A stretch of 64,000 nt of DNA from Camelus ferus (taxonomy: Eukaryota), in NCBI RefSeq assembly GCF_009834535.1, contig NC_045697.1:65722001-65786000 (forward strand), written 5' to 3'. Under the pieces are notes generated by a model, which saw nothing but the letters and a program-made list of their open reading frames with translations, searched no databases and was not told the DNA's origin. Positions within the stretch are counted from its first letter, which is position 1. The number at the start of each line of letters is the position of its first letter. Shown here in pieces: positions 38,516-50,880 of this stretch. The position numbers were made by a program, and so were the translations under genes.

Positions 38516-39740
38516 GAGTCGCTACAAACTTCCTCATGGAGGTACTGTGAGATTTCATTGAGTTTAGTACATGTAAAATGCATCTGCTGCATAAAAAAAG
38601 CTCAATAAATTTTAGTTACTATTTTCCATAGTTCTTCGCATTAGTCATCTTATTTAATAATTATTAAATAACCTTTTATATTTTTTTCAGAGTTTTCCAT
38701 TTGTATTCAAGTATTTGGAATCATGTATACTCAGCCTCAAGCTGTTTAAGCCATTGTGTAAATAATTTCTAGTTTTAATAATATGTAATGTAATAACATA
38801 GTCTTATAAGATATGTTCTATCTCTTCTACTACATTTAAAGCTCTCCTGTATCCAGCACAGCAATAACTTACACATGACAAATGTTCATAGAGTTTTCTT
38901 CATTGAATGAGGGAATGAGCATGCTATTTTTCAATAACTATTTAGTTTTTGAAGATTGGCCTCATTCACTAAACCATAGTTAACTATGTTTTCTCATGCA
39001 GATTATAACTTGGAATGCCCTCATTAACTCATTTATTAATTTTTATGATTATCTACAAGCATCATTACTTAGTGCAATATAAATATGGTGAAAGATTCAT
39101 TTAGGGAGAGCAGTTGCAAGTTAGACAGCTTGTTAGTGATTTTCAGTTGAATTAAGATCTACTGTATTAGGCTATACATTTCAATAAATCAATCCATCCG
39201 TCCCTCAGTTTGCTATTTTTTTTAATAGGCATGCTAAAGGTTTCTAAAGGTTGACTTTGCATTAATAAGAAATTCTAAAAGTACAAAACTGAATATGTGT
39301 AACACTTTGAAGCTGTTTACTTATTTTTATTAACTTCCAAAAGCAAAGGAAAACTCATAAGGCTGAGATTAGTGTTGCATTTAGAAACTCTGTAATTCAC
39401 AGTACTATCTGGATGAGGTAAACTGAACATTTGTTTAACATCTTTGACATCTGCTTCACCCAACTAGACCCTCAGTATAATGTTAGAATCCAAAAAGACA
39501 GAGATGGATCTGTTTGACTCCAGTGAAAACTGGTTGAAGAATTATGACCTGAAAACTAGAGAGCCCCTCAGAATATTTCTTCTGTAAAATTACCAAGCTG
39601 TTTTGCTTTCTATTTAAAGTATTTGACATCAGACGAGTCTTCATTCTATATAGCAAAAAGCTGAAAAGCAGTCTAAAATTTTAGGAGAAAATATACATTT
39701 TTAAATGGTACTGTTCTGAGCATGGTTAAGAGTAGTAGCA

Positions 39741-39830
39741 GGGGGTGGGAATACTTCCATAGTAGAGTACATACTTAGCATGCATGAGGTCCTGGGTTTA
39801 ATCCCCAGTACCTCCATTAAACAGAAAAAA
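39741..39830 (+). mobile_element. Camelid tRNA-derived SINE (vic-1 type) with a 13-bp TSD
   Basis: GTAGAGTACATACTTAGCATGCATGAGGTCCTGGGTTTAATCCCCAGTACCTCC plus A tail; TSD AAGAGTAGTAGCA (39728-39740) / AAGAATAGTAGCA (39831-39843). Confidence 0.92.
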
Positions 39831-40654
39831 AAGAATAGTAGCAAATACATTTTTCTGTACCCAAATTCTGCACTAAAAAATTGAAATACTGTGACAAATT
39901 ATCATTAATACTATATTACTGTATGAAACAAACTGAGAGGTATAGTTTTTAACCATTACTCAAGGGCCATGGTAATGTGCAGACATTGGGTCCCAACATC
40001 AGTAATTTGGGGCCATAAAAAACTAAAAAAAATATATATATTGTGGAAATACCTCCCTATTATAGAACCAAATGTCTTAAATAAGTATGTTAAGTAGAAA
40101 ACAACTTGAAGTCAGCCTGTAAAAGATAATCAGTCCCAGAGGATCCAAGGGCTATAAATAAAGATGGGAAATATGATTGGAAAATGAAGAGCAAAGAACC
40201 ATATAGATCAAGGCTAGAAGTGACTAAAAAAGCCCTAAGAGAGATATGAGAAGCACTGGAAGAATTGTAATCAAAAAGAAGAAGAGTTTTGGACCAAACA
40301 GGAAAGCAGTAGAGCTAAAATTTAAATATCAGGTAGAAAAGAAACAATTCACAAGACATTTGATTTCGTGTTCATCAGTCACTATACACATCTCTCATCT
40401 TCATCCTCAACCCATTGCCTTTCCTCTCAAGGGCAGTTTATTTCTGTAATATTGCTCTCCTGTGCACTGCTATGTGCTCACTCCCACTTCATCCTGACCC
40501 ATTCCTTGGCCACGTACCTCCACCAACCGCCTCACTATCTCTTCCCCAGAACCCCAAGCACCTTCCACATCATTATTATCAAGGTCCCATATATCTTTAC
40601 TCTGTAACTTCAATTGATCTTCCACCTCCTCACGCTGATTAAAAGTAAACTTCC

Positions 40655-40859
40655 ATATATTGGTTTTCATATTCTTTTTCATTAAAGGCTGTTACAAGAT
40701 ATTCAATACAGTTCCCCTGTGCTATACAGAAGAAACTTGTTTTTTTAATATATTTTTGTATATAGTGGTTATTTATATATATGCATTACTAAAACATTAT
40801 GCTGTACACCAGAAATTGACACATTGTAACTGACTACACTTCAATTAAAAAAAAAAAAA
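40655..40859 (+). mobile_element. Young camelid-type L1 3' end with an inverted 5' part
   Basis: 40655-40770 is antisense L1 3'UTR (CAAGATATTCAATACAGTTCCCCTGTGCTATACAG); 40771-40859 is sense (GCTGTACACCAGAAATTGACACATTGTAACTGACTACACTTCAATT-A13). Confidence 0.88.
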
Positions 40860-41699
40860 GCTTACTCCCTGCATCTGGCACCTCTTCCTTTGAAGCACTC
40901 AGGTATAGACCTTTGGGTTTTTCCACCCAGAGGAGAGTGCAGTTTCAATCCTTTACACATCTTCAATTGACTTCTCTCCCTGGCTTTGACAGTTTTTGAA
41001 ACCCATGATCTTAAAATGCAAACATGACATTAACATTCATGACCCATGAAACTCTCCTCAGAGTAACGTCATCTCTTTATATCTGGTGACTTTCCTTCCT
41101 ATTTCACCTCAAGTACTCACACATACATGATAGTATCATGAATTCATAATTATTTGGATGTGCTTACCTCCAAGATCTCAAACTCCAAATATTTGTGTCA
41201 GAAAAGTGTCAAATTGGTGACTAACTGAGTGCTCTGGAGGAGCCTTGAATGTGGAAAATACTTTGGTGCATTTTTCATAAATGAAGCCCTTAGCCTCAAC
41301 TTCATGTATTTTTGAAAATTCATTCAGAACTTACCTGACACACTCTTCATCTGGGACTGGATTCTATTGACATAATTGAAATAGAGTAAATCAAAATGCA
41401 GTAAGAGTAATTTATATTGAGAAGGAACTAAGCAGCCAGAATGCTTATGTCTGATTAGTCATAAATGCACATTTCTTCTGTACAAGTCAAATAATTACTG
41501 CAAATTTGCTTTTATAAACTCTAGAGGAATCCAAAGAAGGAAACGAACAATAAATAATGACTACCATGATGGAATTAAGATAGCTTAGTACACTCGTCTC
41601 CTCCTGCCACGTATGTTAGTTGTGCTGAGAATCACTCCTACGTTATCATTCCTTGGCTCTATTTCTCTAACTATTTATGTCTGTCCTTCAAGAGGCAGT

Positions 41700-41930
41700 T
41701 ACTGGAGAAAGGATCAAGGCAGTTGATTGGGAGACAGCCAGAGAGCATTGGAGGAGGAGAACAGAAGAGCCCACTGTGCCACTTCTCAGATGTATTTCCC
41801 TCAACAAGTCATTTAATCTTTCCAAGCCACTAGCCTCCTCAACTGTAAGAGGGTGATAAGGCCATCTTCTTCTTATTGGTTATGTGGCCATTTAAAGATA
41901 TAATGTATTTGAAAATGCTCTGTAATTTTC
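41700..41930 (+). mobile_element. MIR SINE
   Basis: CTGTGCCACTT...CAAGTCATTTAATCTTTC...CCTCAACTGTAAG...TTAAAGATATAATGTATTTGAAAATGCT. Confidence 0.65.
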
Positions 41931-44345
41931 AGAGCTCAGAGAAGGAAGCAAGGAGGTAATTTTTTTTTTTTTTATTTCATGAAACACCTGCAAGGACTCT
42001 GAGCTGTTACCCCAAAAGTTTAGCTATAAAATATTTTAGACAAAACTGTAAGGAAATGCAAATACATACTGTATTTTTTATTCTGCTAAACTGGTAAATC
42101 GTAGGGGCAAATTATAATTAAATGCCTTTATGTCCAACCAGTTGTTCTTTGGCCATTAGGATAGTTGTACTTTAGAAATAATGAATAAGCAGGGCAACGT
42201 ATTCCAGACTTTTTCCCCAAACTCATGGAGTATTTGACATCTATACACTGACCGTATCTCTTACCCTTCTGCATCATCCATTCTTTAACCCCAGAGGACC
42301 CTGATCTTTACCCTCTTGCAACACTGAATGTCTTGATTTCTTCCCTTTACTTAGTTTGGTTTCTCCCTCAAAGTACATTCTACTTCTGCATCAACTGTCA
42401 CCATTTCCTCAACTCACATTTAGTTCCTTCCGCTCTCAATAATTAACTTCACCACTTCTAACACTTCTCTCTGCAAAAATAGAAATGGCTTCCTCATTGT
42501 CTCACTCAGTACCCTCTTTCTAGTATTCATGCTGTTTGACATTGCTGCAGGATTTGATACTCGTGGAAAATTCTCCTTTCTTGGCATTTACAACAATGAA
42601 TTGAACTGAGCTGACAGTCACAGAATGAATGAGACTAAAATCTTTGAAACTGTCTTAAAATGTTAGTGAAAACTTTCAAATAATTGCCAAATCCAGGTCC
42701 ACCTTTCATATCGAATTTGAAAGTCGAAGTGCAGCCCTCCTCTATATTCCGTTGAAATCCTCAGTATCTTCCAAGGTCTTCCTCAAAACGTCAGTTTTAG
42801 CCACAAAGCTTTTCCTGTTCCCATTAATCACTCCCTCTTATATAATCCCAAATTTTTACTTTTATTACAACATATATTATATCCAGAGTTATAGTATTTT
42901 AATTGTGTATAAATCTGCCTTCACTGGCTTATACAAAGATCATGCAGACACAATGCTCTCCGTACTATAGATATTCAAGAATGGAGTTTTGAAGAAAGAA
43001 CTCCTATCAGATTTCATTAACCCACTGTACCTTATTCTTTCTAAGCATTATGTTCTGCAAAAAACAAACAACAATAAAAAAAAAAACCAGTAAAGTTATT
43101 GTAAGAAAGTGAAGATATGAATCTTTAGACTGTTCAGTGTTTTTATAAATATTCAGCAGCTCAGTCTTGGATATTTGAAGTACTCTAGGTTTATGGAATT
43201 TGGAGACAAAGATTTTAATGTGATCAATTTAATGAAAGTGAGTCCAAGTGTTTCTAATATTTTTAAGATTTCATGACTGAATTAGAGTAAATGATTGTTT
43301 CTGTAAGCAGTGAGAAGCAGTTCTTTCCTGAAAAGTTCACTAGTTTGCTGGCTCTTAGGCAAAATACTTCATGCATTATAGTTGAAGAGTGGAAACGATA
43401 GGCTCATCACTGCTGTTTCTCATGAGCAATAAACAGAGAGATTGTAGGCTACATATCAAGTTTAGGAACTCAGGTCCTTATCTAGTGCCAAAAGACGGAC
43501 ATGGCCAATGACTGTCACACTCACTGGAGACTTCAGGAATTTGGTCTGTTGAGTTCATTTTGCTCCTAAGTGCTTTCATTAGAAGTCAGGGTGGATTTCT
43601 TCCATGCCAGAACTCCGTTACCATCCATATTTTAATTTACCATCAAGGGGAAGATATAGTGACAAATGCTAGCGTGTATGAGTCAATTACTTCAAAAAGA
43701 AACACCATTCTTTTTTATTTTTTATTTAAAAATTTTTTCAATTCTACTCATATTAGAACTATGCTTACTATAAAAGTTTACAAAATATTTTTGGTCAAAA
43801 CCCTTAATTATGATTTTCTTGTACATATCCCAAGAAAAGCAATGAGTCGTATATTTCATGTTCATTTTTCAACTTTTTGCTGTGTGCCTTTATTAACCAC
43901 TAAATGGATTATTTCTTTTTGTCTCCTTCAACATGATTATTGGAATCACTTTGAGTTTTCAAGTCTTATTCTATTACATTAGATACTTCCACTAACAACC
44001 CATCAATATACTAAGTTAGTACATGTGACTAAACAAGCATGTACGGGCTTAACTGATTCGTAACAACATTTAACAGACCAACACCACAGCTTGTTTCTGT
44101 GGGATTTAATAAACTGTACTTGTCCACAGTGTCTGAGAAAAGCAGAAGAGACTCTGATATATATTTATTTTGTTTCTATAATAAGAACATGAAAATACAT
44201 ATGTGAAAGTAAATGTGGCTCTATTTCTATCCACAAGAGTGAAATGTGCTAACTGAAGTGATAACTTGAACAGAAGTTGTATTAAAAACAAATGCACTTT
44301 GGTTTTTAGGTTCTGAAGTAAGTCTGTTAAAAAAGCAAAATTACA

Positions 44346-44480
44346 GGGGAAGGTATAGCTCAGTGTCAGAGCACGTGTTTAGCATGCATGAGGTCCTGGG
44401 CTCAATCCCCAGTACCTCCATTAAAAAATAAATAAATAAACCTAATTACCTCCCCCCACTACAAAAGACAAGAAAGAAAA
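44346..44480 (+). mobile_element. Camelid tRNA-derived SINE (vic-1 type)
   Basis: GGGGAAGGTATAGCTCAGTGTCAGAGCACGTGTTTAGCATGCATGAGGTCCTGGGCTCAATCCCCAGTACCTCCATTAAAAAATAAATAAATAAACCTAATTACCTCCCCC. Confidence 0.93.
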
Positions 44481-44677
44481 ATAATGCTTAAAGATTAATT
44501 AATAATAGCATTATAAAATGTTGTAATGTTAAATTTGAGCATCATTAGGAATAAGCTAAGTTTCAAAGTTTTTCATTATACTTTTTGTTTAAAGTTTGAA
44601 GAAGTTTGTGTTAGTCTGTTTAACTTCAGAAGTATTCATCACACTTATAACTGTTCAAAAGAAGTAACATGACTTGA

Positions 44678-44965
44678 TTGGTTAAAAGCAAATACTTTAG
44701 TAGCAGGCAAACCTGGGTTCACGCCCTACTTCTGCCACTTACTGTGTGATTTAAGGGAAGTTCCTAGACCTTGCTAAAGTTTAATTCCCTTACTTGCAAA
44801 TAAGTGGCCAGAACAACTCCTGCTTTTAGTGGTTGTTATGAAAATTACATGAGAAAGTGATGAGTAAAGGTAAAGTGATAGCGTGACTCTCACATATGTT
44901 GGCTTATCAGTTTGCCAGCACACTACTGTTATCAACTTGTCAATATCTGTTACTATTATTATTAA
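44678..44965 (+). mobile_element. MIR SINE, near full length
   Basis: TGGTTAAAAGCA...ACCTGGGTTCACGCCCTACTTCTGCCACTTACTGTGTGA...GGTTGTTATGAAAATTACATGAG. Confidence 0.85.
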
Positions 44966-47900
44966 TGTAGCACCAGTGAAGTAGTCTGTTAGGAGAAATA
45001 CTGCAATAAATACTTGTAAGTATTGCAAGAAATACTGTCATTGTGAGAAGTATTTGAGAAACCAACTTGAAAAAATATAAAGTGAATTATCTTTTTAAAT
45101 ATATATTATATATGTTTAAGTCAAGAAAGATGCAGTTAAAGCATCTGAAATGAGTTCAGCAGCTTTGATGAAATAAAACAATTCAACAGCTAAGACACAA
45201 TTTGGACATACCAAAATTGTTAACCTTAATGTAACCCTTTTTAATGGGTTGTTAAGGTATTTGCTACCTTTAAGAAGGGAGAAGTATATGTTCTCTTACA
45301 GTTTCTTAAAAAGTGAAATTGTGAGAAGCACACAGGTGCTGAGCTTTGACTATGCAAGAACTATGCTGGACACTGATTCCTCAGGAGAGTCCCACAAGCT
45401 TTTACCATCTATATTTTGAAAATGAAAACCTCAAGTTCAAAATGGCCAATTAGTTTTAGCCCAAGTGTCGGGTAGCTAGCTGGTCAGATGAAGAAGCCAA
45501 AATTAAAACCGAAGTTTTTCTAAACCAGGAGCTCTCCTTGGAGCTGTCTTTAGCTGTGTGATAGTCTGATTCTGAAGGTGAGAACCCTGGTTTTGAGACC
45601 TAGAGTCCTGGAATATGAAAAGTTAAAGAGCTGAGAAGGCTTTTGTGTTTTACTCAAATAATTCTTTCATTATTGATTATAATTTATAATGTAAAGTACA
45701 TGACATTCAAACATTCTCTCTTTTGATCTGGTACAAAACCTCATGAACCAGGACTCCAATACTTCAGTATCAGCTAGATTCTGAAGTGTGGTTCATGTAC
45801 TGGGAACCTAGACTTGTAACTAACTCATATTCAGTGACTTTCTAAATGTAAGTCCTTATTCAATTGGATTGAGTGTGTCAGGCAGAAATTTAAAATAATG
45901 GAGTTAAGAAATTTTTTAGCAGCAAAACTCTAGAAAATCAACAAGATTAAATATACTATTTTTTTAAATTATTCAAAGGTAGTTTGAAGTCTGTGCTCTT
46001 ATTGTAATTCCTTAATGTCTCACTTTACATTTGGATAACTTTCAAGCCTCTAAGTGTATGACATTATGAATTACTCTAATATTGAGTGGGTTTTTCCTGG
46101 ACTTTCCTAGATAGGAAAGTGGAAAATTTTCTACATGTAAACCGTATCATACATAGCTTCATTGACATATACAAATAAAACTTATCCTAACATTAAAAGG
46201 ATTTTTTGGTAATTTTTCATTAATAATCTCTTCAGCAATTTCAGTTTCAATATGAAGAATTTAATCTTGAACATTTTAATTGACTGAATTAAGCGTCATT
46301 TTTAAAAATCACCTTAGAGGACTGAGTAAGAATGATGGCTCTTGTAATGTGTGAATGATGCAGCTAGTCACAGAGCAGCTCATTCTGTACCTCACCATTC
46401 ATTCTCCAGGCTATGTTAACAGTGTCTTTCCAAGGGCTTGATTATGGTTTAAAACGGAGATAATTCTAGGAAGAAAATATTTTTAAAGCAATTCCTCTCT
46501 TGTTTTTCTCACCCCAAGCTCCATGCCCCCAGGGCAACTTTATGTAAGGGTTCAGCACGTGATCTAAAACTGTGAAATAGTCTAGCTGCTTAAGCAAATG
46601 AGTCATTAAAGCTGTTTTGTATTCCAGTGGGTGATGAATGTTGGTACTGGCAGTGCAGCGTGCCTGCTGTTTGTGATGGGGGTAGGAAGGGCAGTTTGGA
46701 AGGAGATTGTGTGGGTGCACTATAATGAATCTGTTTCGTCTTTGAATGACTCCATATGCTCTTGTAAAGCTACCAATTCTCTCCCTTGCTTTTTTTCCTT
46801 CTCCTTTTAATGCCAAGATGAATTGATCCTGGATTGCAGCTCCAAACGCTGACACCATTGAATATGAAGGTGTCATTGTAAAATGAACCATAACAAATTC
46901 TTAATAAGCAACCTTCACGCAGAGTTATAGGTTTTGACATTTAGATATAGACTTACCCCAGTGAAGGAAGCTTCTTCCTTCAGTCCATTGCATGCTAAGA
47001 TGAATAAGAGTAAAAAGTAATTTGATTGGTATTTAATATATTTTATTCCTTGCTATATTGAGCAATCATATTGCATGTCTTCTCTACTTCCATCTACCAG
47101 GAAAATTGGAAAAAGAATGATTTGAGATCAAGAACTTTATTTCTGAAAGAGTATGAGTGGTCTTAGAGCTAAAGCCTTGAAATCATTTGTGTCTGAGGGA
47201 AAAAATTATAAGCCCTATAGGATGCATGCTAGAAAAACAATTACCAAAATGTATCAAGGGAGGCAATGCAGACTGATTCCTTTTATACAAATCAGTATAT
47301 TCCAGGAACTCACTTTCTAGATTAGAGTGAGTAATGCTTAGAAAACAATTTGATATTTTCTGACTTGGTTAAAAAAAAAAGAATATGGTAATTTGGTCTG
47401 TGATGATTATTACAATTTACATTATCTTGAGCACAGAAAAGATATGCCGTTTTGTTAAATTCAAGATTATTAACTTTTTTCTCTTTGTAAGTCCTGAATA
47501 AAAATTCTTCAGTGGGTTTTGCTTTAAAAATATATAGAGACTCTGCAAGTTAAAGACATTTTATTAATCTGTATTCTCCAGAAGAAACCTGCATATTTAA
47601 AAGATGCATTAAGCAGTCTGACATAAAATTTGGTCTTACAGTTCTAGCTGTAAGCAACTTCTATATGGAATTCATTAACTAGCTTTATTAGCACTTTCCC
47701 AAAGAACGGTTATCCCCTGCTACAATGATCCTATATTAGACTTTTTATTATTAAATTGATTCTTATTTCTGCAAATGAATACTAATAACGTAAACATTTC
47801 AAAAGTTTTAACTCTAGATATCTCTTACTCAATGTAATTGGACTGTTATATGTAAATTGACTTCTTGTGGATGGATTTCATACACAAAAGATGCCTAGAT

Positions 47901-48084
47901 TTAAAGAAATCCTGCATTCAGTTCTTTTATAAAGCATATCATTCTTTTCTATAATAATTATTAACTTAGATATTTATCTATTTAGTTTCCCTAAATTTGA
48001 ATAATTAAGATATCTAAATTGCACTCACCTACTCTTTCCTGGTCCAATCTACTACCAATTCTGTTGCTGGTACCTCATATATAT

Positions 48085-49560
48085 TTATCAGATCCATCCA
48101 AAAAGTGGAAAGAATCAAATAACAGATGTCCATGTGCTCTGCAACCTGCTTAAGAAATCAAACATTATAAATAAAAAGCCTTAACTGTAGTCTTACCTGA
48201 ATCCTATTCTTCTTTCTCTTCCTAAAGGTAACCTTCCATCCTGAATTTGGTGCTTTTCATTGGCATTCATGTTTATAAACCTGCATTAGTTACTAATGTA
48301 TTCATAAACAATATATCGTGCCTTTCCAACTGGTACCAAACTGTAGACATAGTTCTGCAGCTTGTATATTCCTCTCAACATGGTGTTTTTGAAATGTGTT
48401 CACGTTGATCTATAGGTGGATCTAGTTCATTTACATTAACTGCTCTAGTATTCCAATGTAGGAATACATTAAATTGTGCTTATTATTTTATAGATGGGTG
48501 CCTGTATTGCTTCCAACTTTTTGCTATTACCATAATGCTAAAATGAACATTACTGTACATATCTCCTTTGGCAAGAATACGAGAGAATACTTTATTGGAG
48601 AGAATATACCTGAATTGGAAACACTGAGTTCTTGGCAAGCGTATCTTCAACATTATTGGCAAATAGCTTTCCAAGGCATATCAATAGATACTGCCTCAGT
48701 GGTTTATAGAAGTAAATTGCTCATTCATATTGCTAACCCAAGTGAGTGTCCTAGACACTGAGCATATAGCAATAAACCAAATATATAAAACTTTCTGCCT
48801 AAGTGGAGCTTGCATTCAAATGTGGGTAAAAAAAGAAATAAATAAAATACATAATATGTCAGATGGGAGAAGTAATGTAGATAAAAATAAAGCAAGAAAA
48901 AGAGATAGCGACTGCTGGGATGAGAGATGAAATTTTAAATAGATCAGGGAAAACTGTACTGAGAAAGTGAACAAAGAACTAAAGGCAATAAAGGAAAAAG
49001 CCTCAAATCCTCACTAATACTTATCACACCTTTTAATTTGTGTTATGTGTAATGGAAGTAAAAACATTTCTCATTGGGATTTTTAGTTTGGTATTTCTGA
49101 GGTTGAGCATATTTTCAGTTGTTAGTTTTCTATTTGTATGTTCTCTATTGTAAATTACTTGTTAATAACTTAACCCGTTTTTATACTGTTACTTTCCTAT
49201 TTCTTTGCTGAATAATAGAGTTCTTGTCATATATTAAAGGTACTATTTCTTTGCTGTTGGTGTGTGTATATGTGTTGCAAATATCTGCTACCACTTTATG
49301 GTTTAACTCTTTACTCCTTTGATACTATCCTTTCATGCTCTGAAGTTCTAATTTTATTGTCATTCTTTTCATTGAATTTATCAGTCTTTTCCTTTATGGT
49401 TTGTACTTGTCTCTTTAAGAAATCCTTCCCTATCCTAAATATTTTTCCATATAGTCTCATTTTATTGATATTTAATCTCTGTAGAATCTGTTGTTGTGTA
49501 TGGTGTGAGGTAGCGATCCAATTGTAAGTTTTTTTCCATGTGGATAACAAATTATCCTGT
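48085..49560 (-). mobile_element. Old L1 (L1ME-type), with an L2 fragment nested at about 48745-48995
   Basis: CATCCTGAATTTGGTG...TCTAGTTCATTT...TTGCTATTACCATAATGCTAAAATGAACATT...TGAGGTTGAGCATATTTTCA...TGTTGCAAATATCT...GTATGGTGTGAGGTAG; the nested segment has L2 motifs (GGAGCTTGCATTC, ATAAAAATAAAGCA, TCAGGGAA). Confidence 0.85.
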
Positions 49561-49584
49561 CATCATGGGCCCTTTTTTAAAGTA

Positions 49585-49872
49585 CAGATTGTATCTCCAC
49601 TTAAGTGTCATTCACAGAAGGAATTTCTTGGCCATTCCTGAGTTATGTCACACTTTTATAACACCCTATAATTCTCCTTCTTAGAACTTAAAAATTATTT
49701 TCAATAATTGATTATTTATTTAATTATTTGCTTGATTTCTAGTTTTATCCTGCCTCCTCCCCAAAATGATAAACTTCATGGGGATATAAACCATCTCTTG
49801 CTCAAAACTGTAACCTCAGTTCCAACATGGTGCCTCGTTCAGAATAAGTAACTATAAATGTGTTCAATGATA
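49585..49872 (+). mobile_element. L2 LINE 3' end
   Basis: ATAAACTTCATGGGG...CTGTAACCTCAGTTCCAACATGGTGCCT...ATAAATGTGTTCAATGA. Confidence 0.6.
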
Positions 49873-50627
49873 TAAACAAATTTGATTTCTGCACTATTTG
49901 AGATTAAAGTTGCATTGATTTCTGACACCGTGAGTTTTTAATAATGAGGCTGAAAGTAACCATAAATATTCCAATATTTATGTGACCCTAAATAATCTTT
50001 CTAGGTATTACTTGAACTAGTATAAATATTTGACTTTTTCTTAAATGCTGCCATTCTTACAACTAGCCCTTTCTCCCCAGTTTGAAAAGAGATAAGAAAT
50101 ACCTTAGGTGTCTGGTATGCAAGTCAGTAAGACGTGTAAACTCTGTGACCTAAGCAATGTATAATCCTACCTTCCCCCTAACCAATTTATCTACATTTAC
50201 ATAGAACTGTACATGAACCATTTTCATTAATTCAAGAGTCTTTTCCATCCCTTGATTTCTAGAAATCAATAGTCAGCCTCCTAGTAGAATCAAATGAGTC
50301 AAACTTAGGGAAAGTTTTTCCAGTTAGATGAGGATTCTCTAATGATTCTGGAGGTACTGCTTTAGAGTTGGAATAGACTGTGCAATAATCTTTCCTTTTC
50401 AATAAAGAAGACAAGTTCACTTCAGAACCAATTACCTCTAGTCTAGAGTACGTTAATGTTTCTGAAATTCTAGGCTGACAATTTTGGATGTTTTTAATCC
50501 TCTCCTTGATAATGGTACTTCTTTTTCATTTCCTGCCTTTTTAAAAATATCTAGGGAGTTGAGGTGGCCTTCATGACTTTAACAAACTTCAACATAAAAT
50601 AAAGCCAAACTTTGAACTATGAAAATC

Positions 50628-50880
50628 ATGTATTTATTTACCCATTCAACAAATAGTGAGTTAGTGCCTACCATTTACCAGTCATTGCTCCAAGTGGTTG
50701 GGGACAAAATGGTGGAAAAAAATATGTGCAGAATCCCTGCATTGATGAGATATATTGTTCCAGAGAGGTACGCTATGGTAGAATTAGAACAGCCATATTA
50801 TATAGTGTTAGGTTGTAAGAAAAATAAGCAGGGCATTGAGATAGAGAGTGACAAGAAGGGTTCTGTTTTAGATAGGGCTA
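50628..50880 (-). mobile_element. L2 LINE 3' end
   Basis: CATTCAACAAATAG...TAGTGCCTACCATTTACCAG...AAGAAAAATAAGCAGGG...TTTAGATAGGG. Confidence 0.7.

Noticed and set aside
44346..44420. tRNA-like sequence with A and B boxes (also at 28250-28321 and 39741-39815)
   Set aside because: These are SINE heads with A-rich tails, one with a clear TSD; no intact cloverleaf, so not tRNA genes.
46466..46891. 141-aa minus-strand ORF
   Set aside because: No recognisable domain; an ORF of this size is expected by chance in 64 kb over six frames.
48483..48674. ORF resembling the L1 ORF2 C-terminus (VIAKSWKQYRHPS)
   Set aside because: A decayed fragment of an old L1, not a host gene.
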